DNA from: Cystobasidiomycetes sp. EMM_F5
Taxonomy: Eukaryota
Assembly: GCA_051047955.1 (NCBI GenBank)
Contig: JBPGPT010000028.1
Coordinates: 124,001 to 188,000 of the forward strand
DNA: 64,000 nucleotides
Direction: 5' to 3'
The position numbers and the translations under genes were made by a program. The first letter of the stretch is position 1. Each line of letters opens with the position of its first letter. Below the pieces are notes generated by a model, which saw nothing but the letters and a program-made list of their open reading frames with translations, did not search any database and was not told the origin of the DNA. Positions 63,257 to 64,000 of the stretch are shown here, piece after piece.

Positions 63257-64000
63257 TCAGATATCCTCCCCGTTCAGCCTCGCTTCGCCAGTGCCCTTCA
63301 TATCCGCAAATTCAGCCTTATACTGCTCGAGCATCTCTGTGTCTACTTTACTTCCCCCGCAGACAATGACCACGATATTCAATTTCCTGTCTTTCCGCTC
63401 GTCTGGCAACTTTGTTAAAGCTGGCTGAAGCAGACGTTCATGGTGATACACGGGCGCAAGGGCTGCGCCACACGATAGCTCCACCATCATTTTGTGATCT
63501 CTGTTGAATTGCCAGCAAGCGGAAGCGGACAATGAATCTGATAGCATGAGTGTCGCCATGTGTTTTGGTATCGTTTTATTTTCAGATGGAGGAGTGACGT
63601 GTCCATGTATAGCGTAGTTTCTTGCGGATAGCAATGCGTTCCTTGAGCATATCTTTGCTCCCATGCTTGTCGCTTTGCTCGTGATTGCGGGAAGAATGAC
63701 GTGTTGATCGTCGATACTGCCAGAAGGATTGCTAAGGAAGAGATTTATCGACTGCGTGAAGGAATCTGCTCCGATATCTTGAACGGCAAGAATGAAGGGT
63801 GGCTTGTAAGTGGACGTTGAGGGCAGGCGCTGTGCGTACTCTGTGATGCCGTGCAGTATGCCATTGATGAATCCTGCTCCGCCGACGGCTGCAGACAGGA
63901 CGTCGAGGGCAGTGTCCTTGGGAAGTTGCTCGTATATCTCGTGCATTATGGACGAGTGCCCTTGTATGAGCTCTTCTCCCTCGAATGGATGAATGTACAC
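63257..64000 (-). CDS. PLP-dependent L-serine/threonine dehydratase (CHA1-like), 5' end outside the window
   Basis: IHPFE...GHSSI, AVGGAG, ITSKATSMGA, MVELSCGAAL and IVCGGS. Confidence 0.85.
   Translation of the reverse strand: MYIHPFEGEELIQGHSSIMHEIYEQLPKDTALDVLSAAVGGAGFINGILHGITEYAQRLPSTSTYKPPFILAVQDIGADSFTQSINLFLSNPSGSIDDQHVILPAITSKATSMGAKICSRNALLSARNYAIHGHVTPPSENKTIPKHMATLMLSDSLSASACWQFNRDHKMMVELSCGAALAPVYHHERLLQPALTKLPDERKDRKLNIVVIVCGGSKVDTEMLEQYKAEFADMKGTGEARLNGEDI

Overview
Compact, intron-rich eukaryotic genomic DNA, very probably from a basidiomycete fungus. That assignment is an inference from the short GT-AG introns with CTRAY branch points, the gene content and DUF6533-like genes. 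About 22 protein-coding genes are present: DUF726 protein (partial), MAP2, two CPS1-like M20 carboxypeptidases, importin-9/KAP114, an FAD monooxygenase, alternative oxidase, SIN3, three tandem DUF6533-like membrane proteins, TTI1, ALG9, DUS2, an NBR1-like autophagy receptor, an SPT23/MGA2-like transcription factor, a GH47 mannosidase, a LEA-like 11-mer repeat protein, a serine dehydratase (partial) and several hypotheticals. I saw no tRNA, rRNA, CRISPR array or intact transposon. The most unusual signals are non-coding: (1) introns with an early branch-point motif followed by very long AG-free tracts (366 nt in SIN3, 164 nt in NBR1, 123 nt in a putative 5' UTR intron); (2) a strongly base-paired ~400-nt intergenic segment between AOX and SIN3 that may be an ncRNA; (3) a long reading frame broken by a single TAA. 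All gene models were spliced by eye and need RNA-seq confirmation.
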